A DNA stretch of 64,000 nt, taken from Candidatus Altiarchaeota archaeon (GTDB lineage Archaea; Altiarchaeota; Altiarchaeia; IMC4; SCGC-AAA252-I15). Under the pieces are notes generated by a model, which was not told the DNA's origin, did no database searches, and saw only the letters and a list, made by a program, of their open reading frames with translations. The translations under genes were made by a program, and so were the position numbers. Shown here piece by piece: positions 37,330 to 46,175 of this stretch. The stretch lies in NCBI GenBank assembly GCA_043813075.1, contig JBDRLL010000006.1, positions 5,043-69,042 on the forward strand. Direction: 5' to 3'. Each line of letters begins with the position of its first letter. Positions within the stretch are counted from its first letter, which is position 1.

Positions 37330-39318
37330 TCAGGTGAAGCAGGGCATCCAGTCGAGTGGCGTGTCGTCTGCAACATCCGCTTCACCGAGCTTGCTGCAGT
37401 ATCCAAGGTCGCTTTCACCGGTGACTATGAAGTTGTACGTGTTCCCAGTCAAGTCCGCCAACCGCGGGTTGTTGAAGTTCACCTCACACGTCATGTTGTA
37501 GTACGTCGGATCCGCGTCAACATACTCTGTCTTGCATGCGTCAAGGAATAGGTAGTCTGTGCCATTGTCAAGGTAGAACGCCCAGTAAGTCTCCTCGTCA
37601 AAGCCGTGAGTACCAAGCCAGTATACGCTGACATCCTTGACGTCGCCGCATGTGACAGGCTCCCCGTCAACGTTAATCCAGTATATCCTGTCGATAGTAC
37701 CTCCTGGAATGCATTTCTCCTTAAGGCCTCCGGGATTGAATCCGGACAGCTCGGTGTAGGATATGCAGCCCTTTAGGAGCACGTTCCTGCTGTAGACTGC
37801 GTCGGCGATGAAGTTCATTTCTGGCGTGCAGTAGCCGGCGTAATCCTCTGCAGTGACTATAAGGTTATGGAATCCGTCGGCAGCATCCAGGTTGACGGGC
37901 ACGTTCACGTTGCATATCATGTCGTAGTTGTATGCGCGCTCAGGATCCTCGGGGGTTGTGTTCGTGCTATTGCAGGAGTCCAGATAGTGGGCTCCATCAT
38001 CCAGGAAGAAAGCCCAGTGATTGAAGTCGCTGTTATGGTTGCCATGCCATCTGACGGTGATGTCAAGGGACTTGCCGCACTGTAGGGGACGCAGCACTGT
38101 GACGTCGTCTATGACGACCACTGGATTAGCGCCGTCAAAACAATCGAATTGAGCCTCCCCGACGCATGACACGACGTGGGTGTTGGGGGACAGCGTTGTC
38201 GTCGTGGTTGTCGACACTATAGGTTCATATCGTCCGCTACTCCATATAACAACCCTCTGCTTGAATGTGTTTTTCAGTATCCTCTGTTTCCCGCTCAACA
38301 GGGTCAGGTCATCCATAGGCTCGCTGAATGACGCTGTCTTGACACTGCTGACGAAATCTGGAACCTCATCGCTCATAACGTGGTTTCCGACGATGCACTC
38401 CTTGATGCTGTTCGGGTTTCCATAGGACCAGGTATTGCTGTTTCGGGGGTCGTAGAGTGCATCAGTGGTCAGTAGGACAACGTCTATCAGGCTGTTGGGG
38501 TCTGTGTTGTCAAAGTATAGTTGTATCGAGTGTCCAGCGAATACACCGCCGACCTTGCTCCATTCAACGGAGCCTCTTAGAGTATTGAAGATGTAGAACG
38601 GCTCGCCGTCGACGACTATCTGGAGCACAGTGCTGCTGCTGAGGCCCCTAACCCATATGTGGTAGTAGCCTGGAGTCGTCTCAACAGTCTTCACGTTGTT
38701 GCCGTCATACTGCAGTTCGCTCATGAAACCGGCGGAACAACCGCGACTACATCGACTGGTCGTGTTAAACCCCCAGAATCGCTCGTCCTCAGCCTCAATC
38801 CATATGTGGGTGTCTGTGGTGTGGTTTGTTATGGTGAAGTTGAATCCGTTGAGGCATGATACTGGACGGTTATTTTCGTCGAGATGAATGCCCTGCATGC
38901 AACCAACATCTGACGTGTTGATGCACGAGTATACTATGTAGAAGTCGTATCTGCTGGAGCCGAGAAGACTCCTCCTTATATCAGTGTAATTCTCCTCCAG
39001 GTTCTTGATGAAATTCAACAGCTTATCAGGGTCGACGATACGATCCTGGAAGAAGACTCGCTCGCCGACAGGGGTTATGTCCGAAAGACCGTAGACTTTA
39101 ACCGTATCCTGCTTCCAGTCTTCAGGGTATCCGGGAGTCTTAACCAGCTGCTCGCCGACGGAGTCTGACAGCCACTGCATCTCGAATATCCTAAGGTCGC
39201 CGCTGATGTCCATTGTGACCGAATCCCAGAGGTAGATTACTATGGAGAATATGACTAGGAACAATACCGCCGAGAATGTGAGATCCCATGTGAATACCTG
39301 CCCCCTGCCCCCCCTCAA
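37330..39318 (-). CDS. type IV pilin-like protein with CBM-like and tandem Ig-like domains
   Basis: RG/QVFTWD plus hydrophobic helix, LVKTPGYPEDW, WIEAE..YHIWVRG..IDVVLLTTD..YDP, duplicated WxGxH..WAFxLD domain; likely TTG start at 39318. Confidence 0.72.
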   Translation of the reverse strand: MRGGRGQVFTWDLTFSAVLFLVIFSIVIYLWDSVTMDISGDLRIFEMQWLSDSVGEQLVKTPGYPEDWKQDTVKVYGLSDITPVGERVFFQDRIVDPDKLLNFIKNLEENYTDIRRSLLGSSRYDFYIVYSCINTSDVGCMQGIHLDENNRPVSCLNGFNFTITNHTTDTHIWIEAEDERFWGFNTTSRCSRGCSAGFMSELQYDGNNVKTVETTPGYYHIWVRGLSSSTVLQIVVDGEPFYIFNTLRGSVEWSKVGGVFAGHSIQLYFDNTDPNSLIDVVLLTTDALYDPRNSNTWSYGNPNSIKECIVGNHVMSDEVPDFVSSVKTASFSEPMDDLTLLSGKQRILKNTFKQRVVIWSSGRYEPIVSTTTTTTLSPNTHVVSCVGEAQFDCFDGANPVVVIDDVTVLRPLQCGKSLDITVRWHGNHNSDFNHWAFFLDDGAHYLDSCNSTNTTPEDPERAYNYDMICNVNVPVNLDAADGFHNLIVTAEDYAGYCTPEMNFIADAVYSRNVLLKGCISYTELSGFNPGGLKEKCIPGGTIDRIYWINVDGEPVTCGDVKDVSVYWLGTHGFDEETYWAFYLDNGTDYLFLDACKTEYVDADPTYYNMTCEVNFNNPRLADLTGNTYNFIVTGESDLGYCSKLGEADVADDTPLDWMPCFT

Positions 39319-39319
39319 C

Positions 39320-40276
39320 TTAGGGATACGTGATGCATACGTCATCGTTAGTGTTTAAAGTGATTTTACTGCCGTCAGCGTTAATCCATACCCAGTCAGT
39401 ACCCAACGGCGCTTCGAGGGGGTTAATACACATCCTGAAGCCCGTGGAGTTGAAGACAAACATTACCCCATCCAATTCTCCTGGTGTTGGGTTCCATACG
39501 CCCTCAGGCTCGACGTTCAGGCTGAACTCGCCCACATCGTCGGAGTATATGCTATCCAGATCCCCCATTATGTCGTGGAAATCCATCTTCACCACATCGT
39601 CGACCTTGTGGCGTATCACGAAGTCCAGTTGATCGGAATCCGTGTCCTCATACACATACATCAGGCTGCCGCCGTTGACGAGATGGGTTTCAGCCATGGA
39701 CGTGGAAGCGAGGTAAGCGTCGTCAGAACCGATGAAAGGAGAGACCATCACATTCAAGCCGCGGGACATGAGATTGTATCTCTCGGTGATGTAAACCCTG
39801 CCCTGACGCCTCAACACCCTCGCGTCAATGGACTCGTTGACGTGGATGCACCTCTCGCTCACACTCACATTGCAGAGTCCATTGCAATGCCGGAGAAAAC
39901 ACTCCACCCTCATCGTTGATATTGGAGCGCTGAAGTAGAGGGTCTTACCCCTCGCGAAAGCAGACCCCTTGACGAAGACTGTAGGCTGGTCTGGGAAGAA
40001 ACTCACGTTATAATCGCTGAAAGCATAAAGACGGGCTGGAATGTTGAAATACATCCAGTAGCCGTCACCCACCATGTTGACGGTGTTGATATTGTCGGCA
40101 ATAGAGGTCACAGCAAGGAGGCCATCTATGTAAACCTTGAAGTCGCTTGTTCTGACATACTTCAGGTATATAACGTAACTGGACATCATGAAGATCATGA
40201 GGAGGATTCCCATGACTGCGATAAACTCGACTGTTACTTGACTTGAATTCGACTTGCAGTGGATCATTGCAGGCAA
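39320..40276 (-). CDS. type IV pilin-like protein
   Basis: SS/QVTVEF plus hydrophobic helix, IADNINTV..VGDGY. Confidence 0.68.
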   Translation of the reverse strand: MPAMIHCKSNSSQVTVEFIAVMGILLMIFMMSSYVIYLKYVRTSDFKVYIDGLLAVTSIADNINTVNMVGDGYWMYFNIPARLYAFSDYNVSFFPDQPTVFVKGSAFARGKTLYFSAPISTMRVECFLRHCNGLCNVSVSERCIHVNESIDARVLRRQGRVYITERYNLMSRGLNVMVSPFIGSDDAYLASTSMAETHLVNGGSLMYVYEDTDSDQLDFVIRHKVDDVVKMDFHDIMGDLDSIYSDDVGEFSLNVEPEGVWNPTPGELDGVMFVFNSTGFRMCINPLEAPLGTDWVWINADGSKITLNTNDDVCITYP

Positions 40277-40283
40277 ACCATAA

Positions 40284-40712
40284 TCATATCTGGGTTACAT
40301 TAATCTCCGTGTCCGAAAGGGACTCGACCCTGAATACGTAATAACCCTCCCTAACCAGACCAGATAGATCGCCGTAGACCCTGCCTTTTGAGACGCTGTA
40401 TATGTCGGTGTAGGAGGGACCGATGCCGACGCGGACGTTGAACGTGTTATTGTTCAGGATAGAAGCTTCCTCAACATTAGGGGGTATGTATATGTTGACT
40501 TGGGTTCTGGAGGGGTGGCCGTGGACGTATATGAAGTCGGATGCGTCTCTAAGCTTCTCGACCGCACGGTAAGCGGAATCCACCCCAACCTGGGCGCTTG
40601 ACGTGGATATGAGGGTGCTCGTTACGTAGAGTATGGCCGAGAATACGGCAAGCGATAGTGCAAGCATTATCATGTATTCAAGCGATGCCTGGCCCCTTCT
40701 AAACCCGTTCAT
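40284..40712 (-). CDS. class III signal peptide (DUF361-type) pilin
   Basis: RRG/QASLEY plus hydrophobic helix; ASDFIYVHG.PS...VYIP. Confidence 0.85.
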   Translation of the reverse strand: MNGFRRGQASLEYMIMLALSLAVFSAILYVTSTLISTSSAQVGVDSAYRAVEKLRDASDFIYVHGHPSRTQVNIYIPPNVEEASILNNNTFNVRVGIGPSYTDIYSVSKGRVYGDLSGLVREGYYVFRVESLSDTEINVTQI

Positions 40713-40799
40713 GATGTACGCCTCTTGAATAATATTTATATATAGACTACATATAAAGTAGCCTATAAAATATGGACAAGACTTAGGGGTTTGATAGAC

Positions 40800-41102
40800 A
40801 TGGAATACGAGACGATTGTGAGTGAATACGTGGACTACGGCAGGAACAAGTTCATAGAGGTTTCTAGGAAGAAGGTTCTGCCAGACCAGACAGAGTTTTT
40901 GAACATCTCCAAGGGGTATTACACTCCTGACGGAGAAAAGAGATACCAGAGAGGTATCGGATTCCCGGTTGAGGAATCGATTGTCAGCAGCCTTATCAAC
41001 AAGCTGCAGATAGTCATATCCTCTGCTGAGGGGAGTTCTGGGTCGTCCTCAGAGATGATGGATGAATCCCAGGATGAGGTTCAAGAATCTCCGATGGAGT
41101 AG
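40800..41102 (+). CDS. hypothetical protein, possible PC4/PUR-like nucleic-acid-binding fold
   Basis: Beta-rich KFIEVSRK..EFLNISKGYYTPDGEKRYQRGIGFP, then a helix and acidic tail; SD GGGGT upstream. Confidence 0.55.
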   Translation: MEYETIVSEYVDYGRNKFIEVSRKKVLPDQTEFLNISKGYYTPDGEKRYQRGIGFPVEESIVSSLINKLQIVISSAEGSSGSSSEMMDESQDEVQESPME

Positions 41103-41156
41103 GTATAATAGTAGTGGACCTATCTGGAAGGCATTCTATTGGGCTCTGACATGAAG

Positions 41157-44100
41157 TCAACCCAAATTCTTTAATTTATTTTTTACATACTTTATGACTT
41201 CATCAATCTCGCCAGACATGTCAGGGTGCTTTGACTTGAAGTCCTCCAGCTCGTTTATTATGTCCTTGCCTGCCTGCCCTAAACCCTTCTTGTCTTCATG
41301 CAGCTTGCCTAGTACCGTGGCCAAAACCTTCTCCTTTTCGGAAACACCACCAACAGATGGTTTGACCTCTGATTTACCTGCAGTCTGTAACTCCTTCTCC
41401 TTCTGCCTCAAACGTTCCTCCCACTCAGACAGCTCTCGCTCGCGTTCTGAAGCATCATTGGGCATGTCAGCGTGGGAGCGTATTTTCTTCTCCATCTCAT
41501 GCAGGTCATGCTCCTTCTCCTTCAGACGCTGCTCCCAGTCGAAGAGCTTATGCTCCCTGCCTGAAAGACCGCCCTTGAACTCTGAATCCGTCCCATGATC
41601 GGATAACTCGGCCTCCCTCTTGTCCAGTTCGCTGGAACGCCTGTTCAACTCCTGCTCCCATTTTGAAAGCCTGCCCTCAAGTTCCGGGTCATGGGATGGG
41701 ACAGAACCGGAAAACAACTCCTCCCGTTCGGAGATGGCTTTTTCACGTGCGTCAAGCTCGCTCGCACGCTTAGCTAATGCATCCTCCAGGTCCGCGGACT
41801 CGCCGCCATCGGGAGCATGTTCATGTAGAGAACGCTCCTTCTCAGAGACTTCTTCCTCCCGCTTGATAACCGCTTCCAGACGCTCGTTAACCGTCTTTTC
41901 CTTTGAAGAAAGGGATTCTCGAACATCATTTAGCCTAGCAGACTCCTTCCCCAACTCAACCTCCCTTTCGGACAGCAGCCTCTCCCGCTCATCGATTTCC
42001 CCAATCCTCTCCTTAAGCACATCATCGGACTCCCCGGAGAAGTGCTTATCACCCAAGACCGCCTCCTTCTCCGCGATGGTCGCCTCCCTGTGGACTATGT
42101 TAGACTCCCTCTTCTGCAACTCAGCCTCCATCTTCGACAGCTTAGCCTCCTTCTCATCTAGCTCCGGTAGCTTTAAAGTCACATCCTGCTCGGAATCGTT
42201 GATCTTCCTCTCCCTAGCCTCAAGCTCGCCAGCCCTCTGGTTTAGATTGGTCTCCCTCTTATTCAACAACTTCTCGCGCTCAGCTAGGGTGGCGTTAGAC
42301 TCCTCTATCTTAGCCTCACGCTTCTCCAAGTTGGCTTCGCGTTCGCCGATAAGACGCTCCCTCTTTGTGAATGAATCAGCCTTCTTCTCTATATCAGCCG
42401 CATAGCCGCTGAAATCGCTCTCACGCTTGACCAAAACAGTCTCCCTATTCTTCATCTCCTGGAACTTCTGGTTCAACTCCCCGTCACGCGCTTCAGCCGC
42501 CTTCTCACGCTTCTCGACGAGTACCAGACGGGATTTTATCTCGCCCTCCACCTTACCGACATTGGATTCCCGCTCCTTCAGTATCTTTTCAGCCTCAGTC
42601 AACGCATTCTTTGTTGCGTTAACCTGCTGCTCACGAGCCTCAAGCCTTGACTGCGCTTCACCAAGCTTGTTTTCCCTGTCGTCAAGAGCCTTCCCGCGCT
42701 TATTCAACTCCGCATTCCTTGTGTTAAGCTCGGATTCCCTGGATTTTATCCCAGATTCCCTGTCCGTCAGCTCCTTCTCCTTGGGTTTGATCGCAGCCTC
42801 CCTCTGATTCAGGTTCGACTCCTTTTCACCGAGCATGCGTTCCTTGTCTGACTGCCGCTCCTCCCTGGACTTGACTGCCTCCTCACGCTTTCCGAGTTCT
42901 GTCTCCCTGCCATTTAGCACAGACTCCCGATCCTTTAAGGCAGCCTCGTTTGAGTCCAGCTCAGACTGCCTGCGTGAAAGGCCCTCATCCCTCTGATTAA
43001 GCCCGTCTTCCCTCGACTTCGCGGTTTTCTCAGACTCTGAAAGAATCTTCTCCCTTGCCTTCAAGTCAGATTCCCGGGAGTTAAGAGAGTCCTCCCTGGT
43101 GTCAAGCTCCGAATCCTTCTTTATGAGCGCCCGTTCCCTCTCCTTAAGCGCCTTATCGTCCTCCGCGAGATTAGCCTCCCTTGCTGAGAGGGATGAATCC
43201 GTCCTAGCGAGATCCTCAGATTTGGCGAGAAGACTACTCTCCCGGGCATCCAGCTTAGACTCCCTCTCACTCAAAACCCTTTCACGCGCATTCAAACCCT
43301 CTTCAATCACGTCGAGGGCTGACGCCCTATCATCTATGTTCTCCACTCTAGCGCTCAACTCACCCTCACGAGCGTTAACATCGCGCTCCCTGTCATTCAG
43401 CTTACTCTCACGGGATTTGACGGAAGACTCCCTGCCCTTGAGCTCTGACTCAAGGGAACGCAACTCCTTCTCAGCCACGTCAAGCCCATTAGACTTCTTG
43501 TTCAACTCGGATTCCTTCTTACCCAGCTCTAACTCCTTCCCACCCAATTTCTCTTCTTTACTATCGAGTTTCTCCTTCTGCTCATGCAACTCCTTCCTCA
43601 GCTCCTCAACAGACTTCTTCTCTGACTTCAGCTTGCTCTCACGGTCCAGAATGCTCTTCTCCTTCCCGTCCAGCTCCGCCTTCTTTACCTTTATCAGCTC
43701 CTCCTGCGCGATTATCGCTTTTTCACGAGCCTCGAACTCGTGGACGTCCCGTATGAAGTCGTCCTGCATGGACGCTAGCCTATGCTCCCATCCGGTGAAA
43801 TGCTCCTCCTTAGCCTGAAGATAATCCCTGTCATGGCGTTCGACACGTGGACTTGGCGCAGGCCTCTGGACCACCGTCTCCCTCATGACTTCGGGAGGCT
43901 TCTTCCGCTTCTTAGCCTGCTCCTTGTGCTTTTCAATCTCCTCCTCAACCTTTTCTTTAACAGCGTCATCCTGGGGCAAGTCAACCTTGCGGTCTTCAGT
44001 GTCCGGTTGGCTGCCATCACCGGAGTCGGACGGGGGTATGGGCGAGGATATGGACTCTCCCTCGCCTTTTGTGGCGGCGATACGCCGTTCAAGAACTCGT

Positions 44101-44399
44101 TTATGCATCAGACCTATGATTTCATCGGCAGACTCGCTTGACTCAGCCTCCTCCTTATCCAAGCCCGTTATTTCCTCTTCATCAAGGTCTGCGTCGATAC
44201 GAGAACCAGGCTTGAATACGGTTTCACCCACTATCGTGTAATGGATTTTTATGATCTCATGGTCTTTCAGTATCTTGGCGATGTTTATGACCGTTTCCTC
44301 ATCTTCGCCGAGACGTGAGACAGCATCCTCTAGCTTTATCTCCTTAGCCTCCTTAACCAGTTCTGTGAAACGCTGTAGAACACTCTTGTCTAAAGGCAT
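41157..44399 (-). CDS. large coiled-coil protein with N-terminal winged-helix-like domain
   Basis: 77 consecutive LxxRExx-type heptads (42057-43673). No ATPase, hinge or TM motif. Confidence 0.85.
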   Translation of the reverse strand: MPLDKSVLQRFTELVKEAKEIKLEDAVSRLGEDEETVINIAKILKDHEIIKIHYTIVGETVFKPGSRIDADLDEEEITGLDKEEAESSESADEIIGLMHKRVLERRIAATKGEGESISSPIPPSDSGDGSQPDTEDRKVDLPQDDAVKEKVEEEIEKHKEQAKKRKKPPEVMRETVVQRPAPSPRVERHDRDYLQAKEEHFTGWEHRLASMQDDFIRDVHEFEAREKAIIAQEELIKVKKAELDGKEKSILDRESKLKSEKKSVEELRKELHEQKEKLDSKEEKLGGKELELGKKESELNKKSNGLDVAEKELRSLESELKGRESSVKSRESKLNDRERDVNAREGELSARVENIDDRASALDVIEEGLNARERVLSERESKLDARESSLLAKSEDLARTDSSLSAREANLAEDDKALKERERALIKKDSELDTREDSLNSRESDLKAREKILSESEKTAKSREDGLNQRDEGLSRRQSELDSNEAALKDRESVLNGRETELGKREEAVKSREERQSDKERMLGEKESNLNQREAAIKPKEKELTDRESGIKSRESELNTRNAELNKRGKALDDRENKLGEAQSRLEAREQQVNATKNALTEAEKILKERESNVGKVEGEIKSRLVLVEKREKAAEARDGELNQKFQEMKNRETVLVKRESDFSGYAADIEKKADSFTKRERLIGEREANLEKREAKIEESNATLAEREKLLNKRETNLNQRAGELEARERKINDSEQDVTLKLPELDEKEAKLSKMEAELQKRESNIVHREATIAEKEAVLGDKHFSGESDDVLKERIGEIDERERLLSEREVELGKESARLNDVRESLSSKEKTVNERLEAVIKREEEVSEKERSLHEHAPDGGESADLEDALAKRASELDAREKAISEREELFSGSVPSHDPELEGRLSKWEQELNRRSSELDKREAELSDHGTDSEFKGGLSGREHKLFDWEQRLKEKEHDLHEMEKKIRSHADMPNDASERERELSEWEERLRQKEKELQTAGKSEVKPSVGGVSEKEKVLATVLGKLHEDKKGLGQAGKDIINELEDFKSKHPDMSGEIDEVIKYVKNKLKNLG

Positions 44400-44441
44400 C
44401 TTAGCGGTTAATGATATGTTTAAACCGTAAAAAAACGATTG

Positions 44442-44645
44442 CTACTCCGTTACAATGATCTTGATGCAGGCGACCGGGCAGTTCTCCTCCGCGTCACGGT
44501 TACGCCCCAACTCATCAAGCTCGGTCTTAACGGGCTTCGCCTTACCATCCTCCATCATCTTCCAGTTTTCAGGGCATACAGCCTCGCAGGCACCGCAGCC
44601 GATGCACGCGTCCCTCGTCTGTTTTATGATGTATTTTTTCGCCAT
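44442..44645 (-). CDS. single-cluster ferredoxin
   Basis: CIGCGACEAVCP...ENCPVACI. Confidence 0.9.
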   Translation of the reverse strand: MAKKYIIKQTRDACIGCGACEAVCPENWKMMEDGKAKPVKTELDELGRNRDAEENCPVACIKIIVTE

Positions 44646-44745
44646 AGAAGAAACACTCCAACAATAGTATGAATACGCAGGCTCGCTTATAAACCAATAA
44701 AACACAGGAATTAAAGGCTTACGCGAAAGTATTAAACGGTTTAAG

Positions 44746-45288
44746 ATGGGTTTTCTGGATCTGGCAAAATCGAGGAGGTCTGTAAGGCGCTTCACAGGAA
44801 GGGAAGTGCCTGTAAAGGATGTGGAACACATTCTTGAGGCAGGCAGATGGGCTCCGTCAGCGTTAAACAAGCAGCCATGGAGGTTCATAGTCATAACAGA
44901 CGGTGAGATAAAGTCATGGATAAGGAGGGTATATGACAGAGTCAGGGATGAGCTTGGCCTGTACAAGCAGGATGCCTCTTTCCTGGAGAAGTCGACTTTG
45001 ATAGTAGTGCTGTCAGACACTGGGATGCCAGGAAACGAAGTGTCCACCGCATTATCCGCCGGGAACATTCTGCTGGCGGCTGAAGACATGGGGTATGGAA
45101 GCCTTATTATGAGCTCCCCATTTATGGGTGATGAGGGGGTGAGAGACTTCAAGGATATTCTAGGGATACCAGACAACTACAAGCCAATGTTCGTGATTGC
45201 CGTAGGCTGCAAAGACGGTGAGACCCCTGTGAAGGACAGGATTCCATTGGAGGATCTAGTCTCATACAACAAGTATGGTGTAGGATGA
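44746..45288 (+). CDS. nitroreductase family protein
   Basis: SRRSVRRF, GRWAPSALNKQPWRF, NILLAA. Confidence 0.92.
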   Translation: MGFLDLAKSRRSVRRFTGREVPVKDVEHILEAGRWAPSALNKQPWRFIVITDGEIKSWIRRVYDRVRDELGLYKQDASFLEKSTLIVVLSDTGMPGNEVSTALSAGNILLAAEDMGYGSLIMSSPFMGDEGVRDFKDILGIPDNYKPMFVIAVGCKDGETPVKDRIPLEDLVSYNKYGVG

Positions 45289-46175
45289 GTCTGCTGGATA
45301 GGTTGAGGGAGGCTGTCAAGAGAGTAGAGGATTCCAGGGAGATATGGTCCATAGCATACCTTGCAGTCCTCATATACGCGTTCAGCGTCATAGTAATCAC
45401 TGGTGTATTCTTCTCAGCACCATACTTGGTCACGTCTGAGAACAGCCTGCTCTTCGGCCTCGGGATGCTGTCATACAACCACGGGTATCTGCTGAACAAC
45501 TGCCATCAGCTGCCGCAGAGAAGCCTGTCCCTCAACAACATACAGTTGCCAGTCTGCTCCAGGGACATGGGTATATACGTGGGATGCCTGATAGGAGTCC
45601 TATCAGCATTCAAGTTCAGGGCCAAGAGCAAGCTATTGAACTCGATATGGTTTGCGGGAGCCCTTATGACGCCGCTAATGGTGGACGGAGTCAGCCAGAC
45701 GCTGCTGACAATGAGGGAGTCCACCAACACCATACGCTTCGCAACGGGAATCCTGTTCGGCCTCGGCATGATGTATTACGTGACCGTGAAGACAATCCAC
45801 TACGCGAAGAGGAGTGAGATAGACTACATGAGGGTGAGGGGGACGTCAAAGATGGTGTTCATAGTATTCACTGCAGTGATAGTACTGCTTTCAATCACCT
45901 CATCATCATGGTACTTGACGAGGGAGGAGGCGTATCAAATGGTTTTGAAATCATATCCTGGAGAGAAATTAGAGCCACACACTTACATCCCGCCCAACGC
46001 GCTGAATACCGTGTCAAGAGACCCTTACTTGGACTCACATAGGACAGACATTCTAGACGACCTGACGCACATAAAGGCGGTGACTGAAGGCGGCCAATGG
46101 GCGTTCACAGGGGTATACGGGAGGTACTACGTTAGCGTTAATGACGGTAAAGTCACTGTCATGACAGGCTACTGA
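45285..46175 (+). CDS. DUF2085 membrane protein
   Basis: CHQLPQRS...QLPVCSRDMGIY, PLMVDG, RESTNTIRFATG. Confidence 0.85.
   Translation: MSLLDRLREAVKRVEDSREIWSIAYLAVLIYAFSVIVITGVFFSAPYLVTSENSLLFGLGMLSYNHGYLLNNCHQLPQRSLSLNNIQLPVCSRDMGIYVGCLIGVLSAFKFRAKSKLLNSIWFAGALMTPLMVDGVSQTLLTMRESTNTIRFATGILFGLGMMYYVTVKTIHYAKRSEIDYMRVRGTSKMVFIVFTAVIVLLSITSSSWYLTREEAYQMVLKSYPGEKLEPHTYIPPNALNTVSRDPYLDSHRTDILDDLTHIKAVTEGGQWAFTGVYGRYYVSVNDGKVTVMTGY

Noticed and set aside
41157-44399. Possible SMC/Rad50 or phage tape-measure protein
   Set aside because: No Walker A/B, signature, hinge or zinc hook, and no phage genes nearby.
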